NCBI GenBank assembly: GCA_965219095.1
Contig: CBDCMT010000001.1
Coordinates: forward strand, 1,120,001 to 1,184,000
DNA length: 64,000 bases
Direction of reading: 5' to 3'
From: Bdellovibrionales bacterium
GTDB taxonomy: Bacteria; Bdellovibrionota; Bdellovibrionia; Bdellovibrionales; UBA1609
Shown: in pieces, positions 52,121-63,382 of the stretch
Position numbering within the stretch: the first letter of the stretch is position 1
How the letters are laid out: each line of letters opens with the position of its first letter
Position numbers and translations under genes: made by a program
The notes under the pieces: generated by a model
Told to the model about the DNA's origin: nothing
Seen by the model: only the letters and a program-made list of their open reading frames with translations
The model's database searches: none

Positions 52121-52855
52121 TTACTCAGAAAAAAGAGAGCTTGCAAGAGTCATAACTTGAGAAGAAGTAACGCCTAACTCACTAGCAACTTCTCTCCATA
52201 AAGTGACAAGCTTTTTTGTATCTGATGATGCAGATATAATTTCTGAATAACTCACTCCCAACATGTTTCTGGTCACCTCATCAACTTCATCTTTTGTCCA
52301 AGTATCCTTGTCTGTATTAGAAAATTGAATAGCTAAAGTTGCTACCTCTTGAGCTTTTTGTTGAGAAAAACCAAATTCTGTTACTAATCGATTTTGAACG
52401 CTATTTATTTTTAACCTCTCCACATGAGCATTTAACTGACCTAAATCATGATTAACAGTTTTTGCAATTTTAAACCGCACACCTGTTAAAGGATCTTCAA
52501 ACAAGCTTTCATTTCCATAGACATCTCTAAGATCATGATAGAAGTAGTCGCTGTATCTTCTAAGATAGTTTTCTAAATCTTCCCCTACATTGTAATAATC
52601 AAGATCATAGGCTGTGTATTCATCTAAATCACCGTCATAAACCACAATGTAATCATATTGACGAGTGTTCACCTTTACAAGATCTACGTCATAACCTAAA
52701 AGACGGTTCAACCTTGTAACAAATGCTTCCGCTAACTCTCTGTGAGTGTAATGTCCCCCGGTAACTGACTCGCTACCACTACCTCCTCCACATGCTGTTA
52801 GTAGCAATGATGCTACAGTGACAGCAAAAATAGTTTTTATTATACTTTTTTTCAT
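52121..52855 (-). CDS. Hypothetical lipoprotein
   Basis: Lipobox LTAC; ggagg RBS; hairpin agcggg...cccgct near 52014-52042 downstream. Confidence 0.8.
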   Translation of the reverse strand: MKKSIIKTIFAVTVASLLLTACGGGSGSESVTGGHYTHRELAEAFVTRLNRLLGYDVDLVKVNTRQYDYIVVYDGDLDEYTAYDLDYYNVGEDLENYLRRYSDYFYHDLRDVYGNESLFEDPLTGVRFKIAKTVNHDLGQLNAHVERLKINSVQNRLVTEFGFSQQKAQEVATLAIQFSNTDKDTWTKDEVDEVTRNMLGVSYSEIISASSDTKKLVTLWREVASELGVTSSQVMTLASSLFSE

Positions 52856-53131
52856 TTATCCTCCTTTTTTATTGTTTTTTTGTTTTTATTTTCCTTTGTA
52901 GCTTTTAATTTATTTAATTTATTTAATTTATTAATAAAAGTAAAAACTTTAAAAACTTATCGAAGCTAGTAATAGCTAATCACGATTGAAAGGTCAAGCT
53001 TAAATGGCATTATGTGCTATAAACATTTTGTTTCTAATATAACAGGCTTTTAGAGCTTACTTTAGCGTAAATGAGTGTGAGGAGAAAAGCTGTTTTTAAA
53101 GAAACAATTGTTTCTTTAAAAACAGAATAAG

Positions 53132-53163
53132 AAAAAACCCAAACCTTAAGGTTTGGGTTTTTT
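53132..53163 (-). terminator. Rho-independent terminator after groEL
   Basis: aaaaaacccaaacc-ttaa-ggtttgggtttttt. Confidence 0.8.
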
Positions 53164-53191
53164 AAGATTTTTTTTAGCTTAACTCAAGATT

Positions 53192-54850
<1,659 letters not shown>

Positions 54851-54902
54851 CTATATTTCTATATATTTATTATTTCTTACCTTTACTTTATGTTAGTTCC
54901 TT

Positions 54903-55205
54903 TTAGAAGATGCCTAAAACATCGTCTTCTCTCATCATTAAAAACTCTTCGCCTTTAAATTTGAACTCTGTACCTGAGTACTTGTTGAAAAGCACTTTAT
55001 CGCCTCTTTGGACTTCTAAAGGAATTGTTTTCCCATCGTTGTTCATGCGTCCTTTACCTGTTGCCACGACTTCCCCTTGAATGGGCTTTTCTTTAGCAGA
55101 GTCAGGAATGATGATTCCACCCCTTGTTTTTGTTTCTTCCGCCACACGACGCACTATGATGCGATCATTGAGAGGGCGGACTTCAATATTATTGGTTGTT
55201 GACAT
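54903..55205 (-). CDS. groS: Co-chaperonin GroES
   Basis: [22 protein letters not shown]; start at MSTTNN after aggagg. Confidence 0.97.
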   Translation of the reverse strand: MSTTNNIEVRPLNDRIIVRRVAEETKTRGGIIIPDSAKEKPIQGEVVATGKGRMNNDGKTIPLEVQRGDKVLFNKYSGTEFKFKGEEFLMMREDDVLGIF

Positions 55206-55498
55206 ATAAGACCTCCTTTTTGGTTTCATTATTAAAACTTTTCTTATCAGTTTATTTTGTGTATCTAGCAAGGACTTGTCAAGGTAGGTGTGTAAAAAAA
55301 ACATAGTCTCTTTAAGGGTTTGAAAACAAACAGAAATTTGAAAATTTTTCATTTCTCTAGCAAAAAGTCTATTTCTGGGGGCTATGGTAAAAATCTTTTA
55401 AATTCAATAACTTACAAAAGATTTTGACTTTTACAAAACCGTCCTAGTGCAGTAAGATGAAAGTCTAAATTTATGCCTTTTTTTTAAATTATTACGAT

Positions 55499-56002
55499 AT
55501 GAAAGTTTTTTTATCTCTTGTTTTTTTCATGGCTTTAGTGAGGTTTTTTCACAGTGTGTCAGTTTTTGAGCCTCTTGTTGCCACCGTTCTTTTAGCAAGT
55601 CTTTATTACCCTCAGCAAAGAAAAGGCTTTTACATATCTATTTTATCCTTTTTAGCCGTTGATAGCTTTACAGGTTTTAGAGACAGCTATCAGGTTCAAC
55701 TTGCAAGTTATGCAAGTCTCTTCTTTGTTTTTCTTCAAGGAAGTTACGGGCTTTCTTTTTTTAGACGTTTAAGAACAATCCATATTTCAAGCCTATTATC
55801 CATTTTATTTGTTGTTCTCTCAGCTTCATTTACATTCTTTATAACTTATAGTTTTTCTGTGTGGGCTTTTTCCGATTTTTATAGCTTTCACTTTTTCGAT
55901 GTTTTAACGGAGAACTTTTACTCTCTTAAATATCGTATTTTAGGAGATTTGTTTTATAGTTCTTGTTTATTTTCTGTTTATTTTTTTGCTAACAAAAGCT
56001 AA
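55499..56002 (+). CDS. Membrane protein, divergent DUF6580-like paralog
   Basis: Similar TM pattern to the 31681 gene (TFFITYSFSVW, LGDLFYS). Confidence 0.55.
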   Translation: MKVFLSLVFFMALVRFFHSVSVFEPLVATVLLASLYYPQQRKGFYISILSFLAVDSFTGFRDSYQVQLASYASLFFVFLQGSYGLSFFRRLRTIHISSLLSILFVVLSASFTFFITYSFSVWAFSDFYSFHFFDVLTENFYSLKYRILGDLFYSSCLFSVYFFANKS

Positions 56003-56643
56003 TTCATAATATGTTTTAAAAAAGTTCTTAAATCATGGATTTCATCTTTAAGATCAATAGTGTGATTTTTTTTGTATTCTTTCCAAGTTATATCGAATCC
56101 TAATTTTTTTAAGTTATCAACTTCCTTTTTTGTGTTAGCAAGATAGAGGACTTGATCCTCTGTTCCATGGGTTAAGAGGATTTTTTGTTCTTTAGGAGCT
56201 AAAATTAAAGAAGGATCTTTGAAAAGAGATTCTGTACTGTAAAAAGTGCTGACTCCTATAAGAGCACAAAAGTGATATAAATTCTTAAGCATAAGTTCTA
56301 AAGCCATAAAACCACCTTGAGAGAACCCAAAAATGATCATCTTGTTATCTGGGAAGCTTTTTCTTGTCTCTTCGATAAGGTTTTCTAGAAGTTTACGAGT
56401 ATGATCAATTTCTGTTTGTTGAGGGTTTTCTATATCAAACCAAGAATAACCTATCCCGTAGGAATGGGGAGCGTTGACAAGAAGGTAGTTTAAACATGGG
56501 AGGTTGAGACATTGGGGAAAGCTAAGATAACCTTCAATGCTATCACCTAAACCATGGAGAACGATCATAAGATAGGAGGCGGAGTGTGGGGAAAGTTTTG
56601 GAACAAAAAGCGTATCTAAACCGCCAATGTTTTTAAGCGTCAT
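55999..56643 (-). CDS. Phospholipase/carboxylesterase alpha/beta hydrolase
   Basis: LHGLGD, GFSQGG, HGTEDQV, NH. Confidence 0.9.
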   Translation of the reverse strand: MTLKNIGGLDTLFVPKLSPHSASYLMIVLHGLGDSIEGYLSFPQCLNLPCLNYLLVNAPHSYGIGYSWFDIENPQQTEIDHTRKLLENLIEETRKSFPDNKMIIFGFSQGGFMALELMLKNLYHFCALIGVSTFYSTESLFKDPSLILAPKEQKILLTHGTEDQVLYLANTKKEVDNLKKLGFDITWKEYKKNHTIDLKDEIHDLRTFLKHIMN

Positions 56644-57203
56644 AAGCTTTTTGAGTTAAAGTTTCTAGAGTATTTCAACAAGTACTGGAATCCTGAAATC
56701 CAAGATAAAACAAGACCTATAAGGAGGACTACTGTCCCGATAAGAGGGAGGGGCATATGAAAGAAAGACTCAGGTTTGTATAGAATGAGCATAGAAATTC
56801 CTGTCATTTGAAATCCTGTCTTCCATTTTCCTAGTCTGTGAGATTGAATGGAGATTTTGTTTTTTGTTGCCATAATGCGAATGCCTGTGACAGTAACCTC
56901 TCGTACGAGAAACAAAATGGCAATCAAAGAGGAAATATGTTTTAAATCGACTAAAATCAGAAAAGAGCTTAAAACTAAGACTTTATCTGCGACAGGATCA
57001 ATCATTTCTCCTAAAAAAGATTCACACTTCCATTTACGGGCTAAAAACCCGTCTAAAGAATCTGTGATGCTGACCGCAATAAAAAACAACATAGCCAACC
57101 AGTAAGAGTCAAAAGGAGGAAAATAGATAAGACTGTAAAGGGGAAAGATAGCTAAAAGGCGGAAAATGGTGAGAAAGAGAGGGAAGTTTTTTTTACACAA
57201 CAT
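56640..57203 (-). CDS. pgsA: CDP-DAG--glycerol-3-phosphate phosphatidyltransferase
   Basis: TDSLDGFLARK...GEMIDPVADK, GKWKT. Confidence 0.9.
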   Translation of the reverse strand: MLCKKNFPLFLTIFRLLAIFPLYSLIYFPPFDSYWLAMLFFIAVSITDSLDGFLARKWKCESFLGEMIDPVADKVLVLSSFLILVDLKHISSLIAILFLVREVTVTGIRIMATKNKISIQSHRLGKWKTGFQMTGISMLILYKPESFFHMPLPLIGTVVLLIGLVLSWISGFQYLLKYSRNFNSKSL

Positions 57204-57270
57204 AGCCTTTGTATTATAAAAGGAAAAATCTTAATTGTCATATTAGTAGTAAAATGTTTAAACTTCATTT

Positions 57271-58236
57271 ATGGATCGTCATCTGACTTTAGAGTTTGTT
57301 CGTGTTACAGAGTATGCTGCCTTAGCAGTTTCTTATTTTATAGGCCGAGGAGATGAAAAAAAAGCTGACAAAGTAGCTGTGGAGTCTATGAAAAAGGCTT
57401 TTAATACTGTTAAGATCACAGGAAAAGTTGTGATTGGAGAAGGAGAACGAGATGAAGCTCCTATGCTTTGTATTGGAGAAAATTTAGGACAAGGAGGGGT
57501 TGAAGTGGATATTGCCGTGGATCCTTTAGAAGGAACAAAGCTCTGTGCAAACCATGATGAAGGCTCTTTATCAGTCCTTGCTGTTTCTGAAAAAGGAGGT
57601 CTTCTTCATGCTCCTGATACTTATATGAGAAAATTAGCTGTAGGGCCTAAAGCAAGAGGAAAAGTTCATTTAAACCAAAGTGTCTCTGATATTTTCAAAA
57701 CACTAAGTCTATCACTACTAAAGCCTATTGAAAGCTTAACAGTAGCTATCCTAGATAGGCCTCGCCACAAGGATCTGATTGCAAAGTGTCGAAGTGTGGG
57801 GGTCAAGGTGAAACTTATCTCTGATGGAGATGTGTCAGCAGCCCTTGCTACCTGTTGGCCTGATTCAGGAATCGATGTTCTTTTAGGCACAGGAGGGGCT
57901 CCTGAGGGAGTCATAACAGCAGCAGCATTAAAATGCTTGGATGGGGATTTTCAAGGCCAGTTAGATTTTAATGAAGATAAAAACGGAAGTGTTCAGAAAA
58001 AAAGAGCTTTAGAAATGGGAATTAAAGATTTGAATCAAATTTATACCATTGATGAACTGGTCTCAAAACCTGTGATCTTTTGTGCCACAGGAGTGACAGA
58101 TGGACCCTTTTTGAAAGGGGTTTGTGAGCTTTCGGATCAAAAAATCACAACTCAGTCTATGGTTATGCGTTCTGATACAGGTACAGTACGTACAGTATGG
58201 GCTCAACATAATTTGCATAAAAAACAACTTAAATAG
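57271..58236 (+). CDS. glpX: Class II fructose-1,6-bisphosphatase
   Basis: VVIGEGERDEAPML, DPLEGT, DRPRH, DGDV, GGAPEGV. Confidence 0.97.
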   Translation: MDRHLTLEFVRVTEYAALAVSYFIGRGDEKKADKVAVESMKKAFNTVKITGKVVIGEGERDEAPMLCIGENLGQGGVEVDIAVDPLEGTKLCANHDEGSLSVLAVSEKGGLLHAPDTYMRKLAVGPKARGKVHLNQSVSDIFKTLSLSLLKPIESLTVAILDRPRHKDLIAKCRSVGVKVKLISDGDVSAALATCWPDSGIDVLLGTGGAPEGVITAAALKCLDGDFQGQLDFNEDKNGSVQKKRALEMGIKDLNQIYTIDELVSKPVIFCATGVTDGPFLKGVCELSDQKITTQSMVMRSDTGTVRTVWAQHNLHKKQLK

Positions 58237-58352
58237 GCTAAGCAAGGTTAAAAATTAGATAAGAGGGAGGATTTATGAGAAACGAGAGTGTTTCTAGGGT
58301 CTTTTTTTCTTGACACAGAGTTTGAGAAGTTGAAAAATAGTGAAGAAGGCTT

Positions 58353-58781
58353 ATGGCAAAAGCAGAAATTACAGAATACTTTGACTGCACTCCTAAAGAT
58401 TTTTTTAAAATTGTGTCTGATTACGAATCTTATCCTGATTTTTTACCTGAAGTTAAAAATGTTAAAATTCTCAAAGAAGAAAACCACAGAAAACTTGTGA
58501 AGTTTTCTGTTTCTTTGATTAAATCCTTTTCTTATCGCTTGTGGATGGAAGAAAATCGTCCTCATAAGATCACTTGGAGTTTAGACTCGGGAGATATGTT
58601 TAAAGTATCTAATGGTAGTTGGTCTTTGGCCTTAGATAACAATCGCACTAGAGCAACCTATTTTGTAGAAGTAGAATTTAAGGGATTTGTTCCAGGGCCT
58701 ATTGCAAAAGGTCTAGTAAGTTTAAATTTACCTAATATGATGAGTTCTTATAATGAGAGAGTTAAAAGTCTTTCAGGTTGA
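58353..58781 (+). CDS. SRPBCC/polyketide cyclase (RatA/Coq10-like) protein
   Basis: VSDYESYPDFLPEV, GSWSL. Confidence 0.85.
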   Translation: MAKAEITEYFDCTPKDFFKIVSDYESYPDFLPEVKNVKILKEENHRKLVKFSVSLIKSFSYRLWMEENRPHKITWSLDSGDMFKVSNGSWSLALDNNRTRATYFVEVEFKGFVPGPIAKGLVSLNLPNMMSSYNERVKSLSG

Positions 58782-58785
58782 TTGA

Positions 58786-59046
58786 TCATTTAAGCCTGTC
58801 TTGAAGCTTTCCTGATTGCCTTAGTTTTGAAAGCTCTTTAAAGCCTCCTATCATTTCAGATCCTATAAAAATTTGTGGTACAGTTTTGTGTTTTGTTTTA
58901 TTGATAAGCTCCTTGAGTTCTTCCTCTCTACCGTCTAAGCAGATCTCTTCGAAATCTAGCTTTTCTTCTTCTAAAAGTTTCTTAGCTCTTATACAGTAAG
59001 GACAGTATCCCCAAGTATAGATTTTAATTTTTTTTGCATTAGCCAT
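58786..59046 (-). CDS. grxC: Glutaredoxin 3
   Basis: CPYC, TVPQIFI, IGG. Confidence 0.9.
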   Translation of the reverse strand: MANAKKIKIYTWGYCPYCIRAKKLLEEEKLDFEEICLDGREEELKELINKTKHKTVPQIFIGSEMIGGFKELSKLRQSGKLQDRLK

Positions 59047-59073
59047 AAACTTGTATTTGTATAATTTTTAGTT

Positions 59074-59514
59074 TTATTTTTTTCTTGATTTTTTACACAC
59101 AGATTGAGCTATAGAAAGAGCTTTGTTAACATCCTTATCTTTAAAAGTTGTCTTTACTCCTTGTGTGAGTCTTGTTTTTTCTTTTTGGATGTTTTCTAGG
59201 CATTTTGATTTAGAATCAACAAAAAACTTTTCATTCATATTTTCAAAGGTGGCCTGAATTTTAAGAACTTTCCCTAAAGTTTCTTTAGAGACATCTCTTG
59301 TGCCTGCTTTGTTGATCTTTTTTCTAAGCTCTAGGAAAAAAGTTAAAGACAACTTAAAAGTTTTAGATTTTTTGATGCTTCCATGAGAGGTCTTAATAAA
59401 ACTCTCAATACTTTTGTTGTTTTTAAAATTAATTTTTTTCTCTAATCGAGCTTGTAAATAAAAGTTAAGAAAGAGTGTGAAAATTAAAAAGAACGTTGTT
59501 GTTAATTTTTTCAT
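59074..59514 (-). CDS. Secreted basic hypothetical protein
   Basis: Signal peptide ending LQA; aggagg RBS. Confidence 0.7.
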   Translation of the reverse strand: MKKLTTTFFLIFTLFLNFYLQARLEKKINFKNNKSIESFIKTSHGSIKKSKTFKLSLTFFLELRKKINKAGTRDVSKETLGKVLKIQATFENMNEKFFVDSKSKCLENIQKEKTRLTQGVKTTFKDKDVNKALSIAQSVCKKSRKK

Positions 59515-59540
59515 AGGTTTAAGCCTCCTTTAAAAGTAAG

Positions 59541-61229
59541 TTATAGGAAGTCTACGTCTCTGCATTTTTTTTCATTATCTTTTAGTTCTTTTAGGTCATT
59601 TTTTATTTTCTCATTGTATTTTTTAGCACTTTGAGCTTCCCTTGAATTTGTGTCGCATACAAATAAAAGGCCTCCGAGATAGCCTGAATGATAGCCTCCT
59701 GCTAAAGCTTTTGCTTTATTCTCTTTATTTTTATTTATTTTTTGTTTACATTCACTTAATACTTTTGGTTTTACTTTGCTGTATCTTGATGTTTCAATAT
59801 AACCTTCTAAAACTTTTAAATATTGGGCCGAAAGATACAGGCTTTGCTTTAGATTTTCTTTATTCATTTGTATGATTTTACAAACATCTCCTTTTGATTT
59901 TTTATTTCCCAAGAATTCTGAAAGATCAAAAGTTTCTTTTAAGCAAGAATGATTTTTCTTTTTTGTTTTTACATCACTAATGGCAGGACCTGTAATTTGT
60001 CCTATTCCCATACTCCAAGCCCAACCATTTTGCTCTAGAGCATTAATATGAAATCTTGATTCATGGTTTAAAATTTGAAAGAGATTCTTCTTTTCTTGAT
60101 TATCCATAACAAAACATTCTGTTGTTATTTCATCAAAAGCTTCAGCTACAACAGCTCCATAAGTAGGGAGACTTTCACATTTTATTTTTGTTGGTGTTTT
60201 ATCGTCGTCACATGTATAAAGAGTAGACCTGTTTATGGTTTTTTGAGAAGCAGAAATGCATTTTGCTAAATCAGTTGTATCCTCAGAAGAGGGAAAAGGA
60301 TTGCATGGGCTTGTTGTTTGTGAAGGAGAGGGAGTTTTTGGTTTAACTTCTTCTACTTTTGATGGTATTTTATCTTCACATTTTTCAGTTTTAGTACATA
60401 CATCACTTTCTCTACTACTATCATCTATCTCAGAAAAGGAAAGGGAAGCAGGTGACTTTTCTTCATTGAAAGCAGCAAGATCATCGCAATAAGGTGTGGT
60501 TGTTATACTCTTATCGTATGTATGATCGGGACTAAGATCACAGCGAGCTAAAGTGTGTCCTTTGTTATCATATTCTGCAATCGTTCCTCCATTTTTATAT
60601 TGGTTTTCTATTTTTGATTCTTTTACAAACTTCTTACACTTGTGATCAGGACAACTAATAATTTTATTACTTTTACCTTTATTAGAGCCCTGTTCTTTCT
60701 CAATTTTTTCCTTAGTTGTTTTATCAGATTCTTCACCACTACCATAGTCGTCACCACCACCTGAACTTCCCTCATTAGCATCATCACCATCATCGTCATC
60801 ATCGCTGTCGCTAGTTATTTTATCAAATTCTTCACCACTACCATATTCGTCACCACCACCTGAACTTCTCTCATTAGCATCATCACCATCATCGTCATCA
60901 TCATCGCTGTCGCTACTTGATGAACTAAATAAACCAAAGAAACCTTCGCCGATATCTCGAAGCAAACCTGCTCCTAAAATACCGAAAGATTGTCCTGCGT
61001 AGCCGAATTGATGCCCTCCTAATGGGGGGATTTGCAATTGGACTTGTCCGCTAGCCCCTAGACCGAAGAGACTGTTACCACCATAACCACCGTAACTACC
61101 GTAACCACCGTAGGGATAGTTGTTAGCAAAGGAGTAATTACAAGATAATATGTTACAGGCTTCTAATTTGAATGACACAAAAGTTATAGAAAAATTTATA
61201 AAAAGAAAAATATAAAGATACTTCATCAA
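59541..61229 (-). CDS. Secreted protein with C-terminal lytic transglycosylase-like domain
   Basis: ILNHESRFHINA, GIGQIT, GGYHSG motifs; Gly/Tyr-rich and Asp-rich N-terminal region. Confidence 0.7.
   Translation of the reverse strand: MMKYLYIFLFINFSITFVSFKLEACNILSCNYSFANNYPYGGYGSYGGYGGNSLFGLGASGQVQLQIPPLGGHQFGYAGQSFGILGAGLLRDIGEGFFGLFSSSSSDSDDDDDDGDDANERSSGGGDEYGSGEEFDKITSDSDDDDDGDDANEGSSGGGDDYGSGEESDKTTKEKIEKEQGSNKGKSNKIISCPDHKCKKFVKESKIENQYKNGGTIAEYDNKGHTLARCDLSPDHTYDKSITTTPYCDDLAAFNEEKSPASLSFSEIDDSSRESDVCTKTEKCEDKIPSKVEEVKPKTPSPSQTTSPCNPFPSSEDTTDLAKCISASQKTINRSTLYTCDDDKTPTKIKCESLPTYGAVVAEAFDEITTECFVMDNQEKKNLFQILNHESRFHINALEQNGWAWSMGIGQITGPAISDVKTKKKNHSCLKETFDLSEFLGNKKSKGDVCKIIQMNKENLKQSLYLSAQYLKVLEGYIETSRYSKVKPKVLSECKQKINKNKENKAKALAGGYHSGYLGGLLFVCDTNSREAQSAKKYNEKIKNDLKELKDNEKKCRDVDFL
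60715..60915. repeat. ~99-bp tandem duplication encoding an acidic Asp/Gly/Ser repeat
   Basis: SDSDDDDD(D)GDDANE.SSGGGD.YGSGEE.DK twice. Confidence 0.9.
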
Positions 61230-61325
61230 TTATATTGATCGGCTTATTTTGCCTTTATCTATCTAGACGAAAGAACAGAAATTAAAAAAGAAATTTAATA
61301 AAAGTGATTCATTTTGAAACAACAC

Positions 61326-61353
61326 TAAAGAAGAGGAGTTTTCCTGCCGATAA
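61326..61353 (+). promoter_or_regulatory. Putative sigma28 (FliA) promoter
   Basis: TAAAG-N15-GCCGATAA. Confidence 0.7.
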
Positions 61354-61373
61354 GGTGAAAAAGAGGGGGAATT

Positions 61374-61904
61374 ATGCCTTTAGGTAAAGTGATTCATTTT
61401 CATAAGTATTTAAAAAACAAAGATGTGTATAGAAATAAAAAAAGGTCTCGTTTCAAAAAACAGAAAAAAAACCTCTTAGACTTTACTTTGAGAGGACAGA
61501 GGATTGTAAAAAAAGAACAACGAGAGGTTAAGAGAGTTGTTTTAAATGGCCTTGTAGGAATTACTATTATAGTTCCTTTACGAGGTCTTATGAGAGTTGA
61601 GGTGCAGGACATTTCTACAAAAGGAATTTCATTTGATTTTCCTAAATCTTATGGCAGCTTTAGAAGAAAGGAGCTTCTTGAACTGCGACTTTATTTAAAC
61701 CATGAAGTTTATGTACCCTTTTCAGCTAGAGTGGAGAGCAAAAGGATTTATTTTAAAAACGGCACAGAAATTGTTCGTCATGGTTTGAAGTTTCAAGATG
61801 AGCCCTCAAATAAAGAGTCTTTAAATGCTTTTATTTATTTTTTAGAAACCATTGCAGTTCACTGTAGAACTGACTCAGGTGATAAACTCATATTAGATGT
61901 ATAA
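61374..61904 (+). CDS. PilZ-domain protein
   Basis: QREVKR followed by DISTKG. Confidence 0.8.
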   Translation: MPLGKVIHFHKYLKNKDVYRNKKRSRFKKQKKNLLDFTLRGQRIVKKEQREVKRVVLNGLVGITIIVPLRGLMRVEVQDISTKGISFDFPKSYGSFRRKELLELRLYLNHEVYVPFSARVESKRIYFKNGTEIVRHGLKFQDEPSNKESLNAFIYFLETIAVHCRTDSGDKLILDV

Positions 61905-61968
61905 AATTTTTAAAGCTTTTTTGTAGAGCTATTTGACTTTCTTTCTATCTGATAGCCATAATAAAAAT

Positions 61969-63324
61969 ATGGCCTCGTCAAAACTTTTTACAAAAGCCAA
62001 CCCTCCAGAAATTCGATCTCATTGGAAACATAAAATAGTGCTTGATACGAATGTTATTTTATTTGATGGCTTAGCTCTTTTAAAATTTGAAAAGTCTGAC
62101 ATTCATGTTCCCTTTTCTGTTATAGAGGAGATTGATCGCTTTAAAAGAGATCTTGGCGAAACAGGAAGAAATGCAAGACAGTTTAGTCGCTTTTTAGATA
62201 TTTTAAGGGCGAAGGGTTCTTTAGCTTCTGGTGTGGCCCTTAAGACAGGTTCCTTTGTTTATGTCAGTACAGATCATTTTACAAGAAGCCTTTCTCCTGA
62301 AATTAATTCTGAAAAAGCTGACAACCGTATTTTAGCTCTCTCTCTTTATTTGCAGGAGACATATCCTGATTCTGATATCAAATTGATTTCAAAAGATATT
62401 AATTTAAGAATTAAAGCAGATGTCTTAGGTCTTTGTGCTACTGATTTTGAGCCAGAAGGCCCTTCTTTTGAAGACCTTTATTCTGGAGCTATAGAAATTT
62501 TTATATCTAATGAGCAATTTGAAAATTTTGCCTTGAAAAAATCTTTACGTTTAGAAGAAAAATTTCTTCCTAATCAGTATATCTCTATGAAAAATAAAGA
62601 AAATAAATCCCTTTGTATTTTAGGACGCTATTGTACTAAACAGGGTAAGATTCTACCAATTCAGGAAAAAGAAGAGAGTATTTGGGGAGTTCACCCTAGA
62701 AACGTAGAGCAGTCTTTTGCTATAGATGCTCTTTTAGATGATTCTTTAAAATTTGTTTCCCTTATTGGAAAAGCAGGAACAGGAAAAACACTTTTAGCTT
62801 TAGCTGTGGGTCTTTATAAAACTTTAGATGAAGGAAGCTTTAAACGTCTGCTTGTAAGTCGTCCTATTTTTCCTATGGGAAAAGATATTGGTTATTTGCC
62901 AGGAGATATAGAACAAAAATTGAATCCTTGGATGCAACCTATTTTCGATAATGTGGAATTTTTATTAGGCTCAGGGAAAAAAGCTTCTGGTCAAGTGCAA
63001 GAGCTCATAAATCAAGGCATGTTGAACATCGAACCCTTGACTTACATCCGAGGACGTAGCATTCCTAATCAGTTTTTGATCATCGATGAAGCTCAAAACC
63101 TCACTCCCCATGAAATCAAAACTATCATCACAAGAGCAGGGAATGAAACTAAGATCATCTTAACAGGTGATCCTTATCAAATTGATAACCCTTATGTTGA
63201 TTCAGCTAATAGCGGTCTTACTTATTCTGTGGAGCGTTTCAAAAGTTATGATATCTCAGCTCATGTGACTTTTAAAAAAGGGGAACGTTCTGTTTTAGCA
63301 GAACTTGCAGCTAATATCCTTTAG
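61969..63324 (+). CDS. PhoH2-type PIN domain plus PhoH ATPase
   Basis: VLDTNV, DNRIL, SKDINLRIKA; GKAGTGKT, RGRS, DEAQN, GDPYQID. Confidence 0.93.
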   Translation: MASSKLFTKANPPEIRSHWKHKIVLDTNVILFDGLALLKFEKSDIHVPFSVIEEIDRFKRDLGETGRNARQFSRFLDILRAKGSLASGVALKTGSFVYVSTDHFTRSLSPEINSEKADNRILALSLYLQETYPDSDIKLISKDINLRIKADVLGLCATDFEPEGPSFEDLYSGAIEIFISNEQFENFALKKSLRLEEKFLPNQYISMKNKENKSLCILGRYCTKQGKILPIQEKEESIWGVHPRNVEQSFAIDALLDDSLKFVSLIGKAGTGKTLLALAVGLYKTLDEGSFKRLLVSRPIFPMGKDIGYLPGDIEQKLNPWMQPIFDNVEFLLGSGKKASGQVQELINQGMLNIEPLTYIRGRSIPNQFLIIDEAQNLTPHEIKTIITRAGNETKIILTGDPYQIDNPYVDSANSGLTYSVERFKSYDISAHVTFKKGERSVLAELAANIL

Positions 63325-63382
63325 TCTAGCTTGACCAAAGTTTTGAGGTTAAAAAACTTATCTTTTTATCCGATAACATTTT

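Noticed and set aside
52905..52933. atttaattt microsatellite
   Set aside because: Low-complexity AT tract with no evidence of function
55205..55352. CIRCE element and the extended 149-aa GroES
   Set aside because: No TTAGCACTC-N9-GAGTGCTAA; the RBS supports the start at 55205
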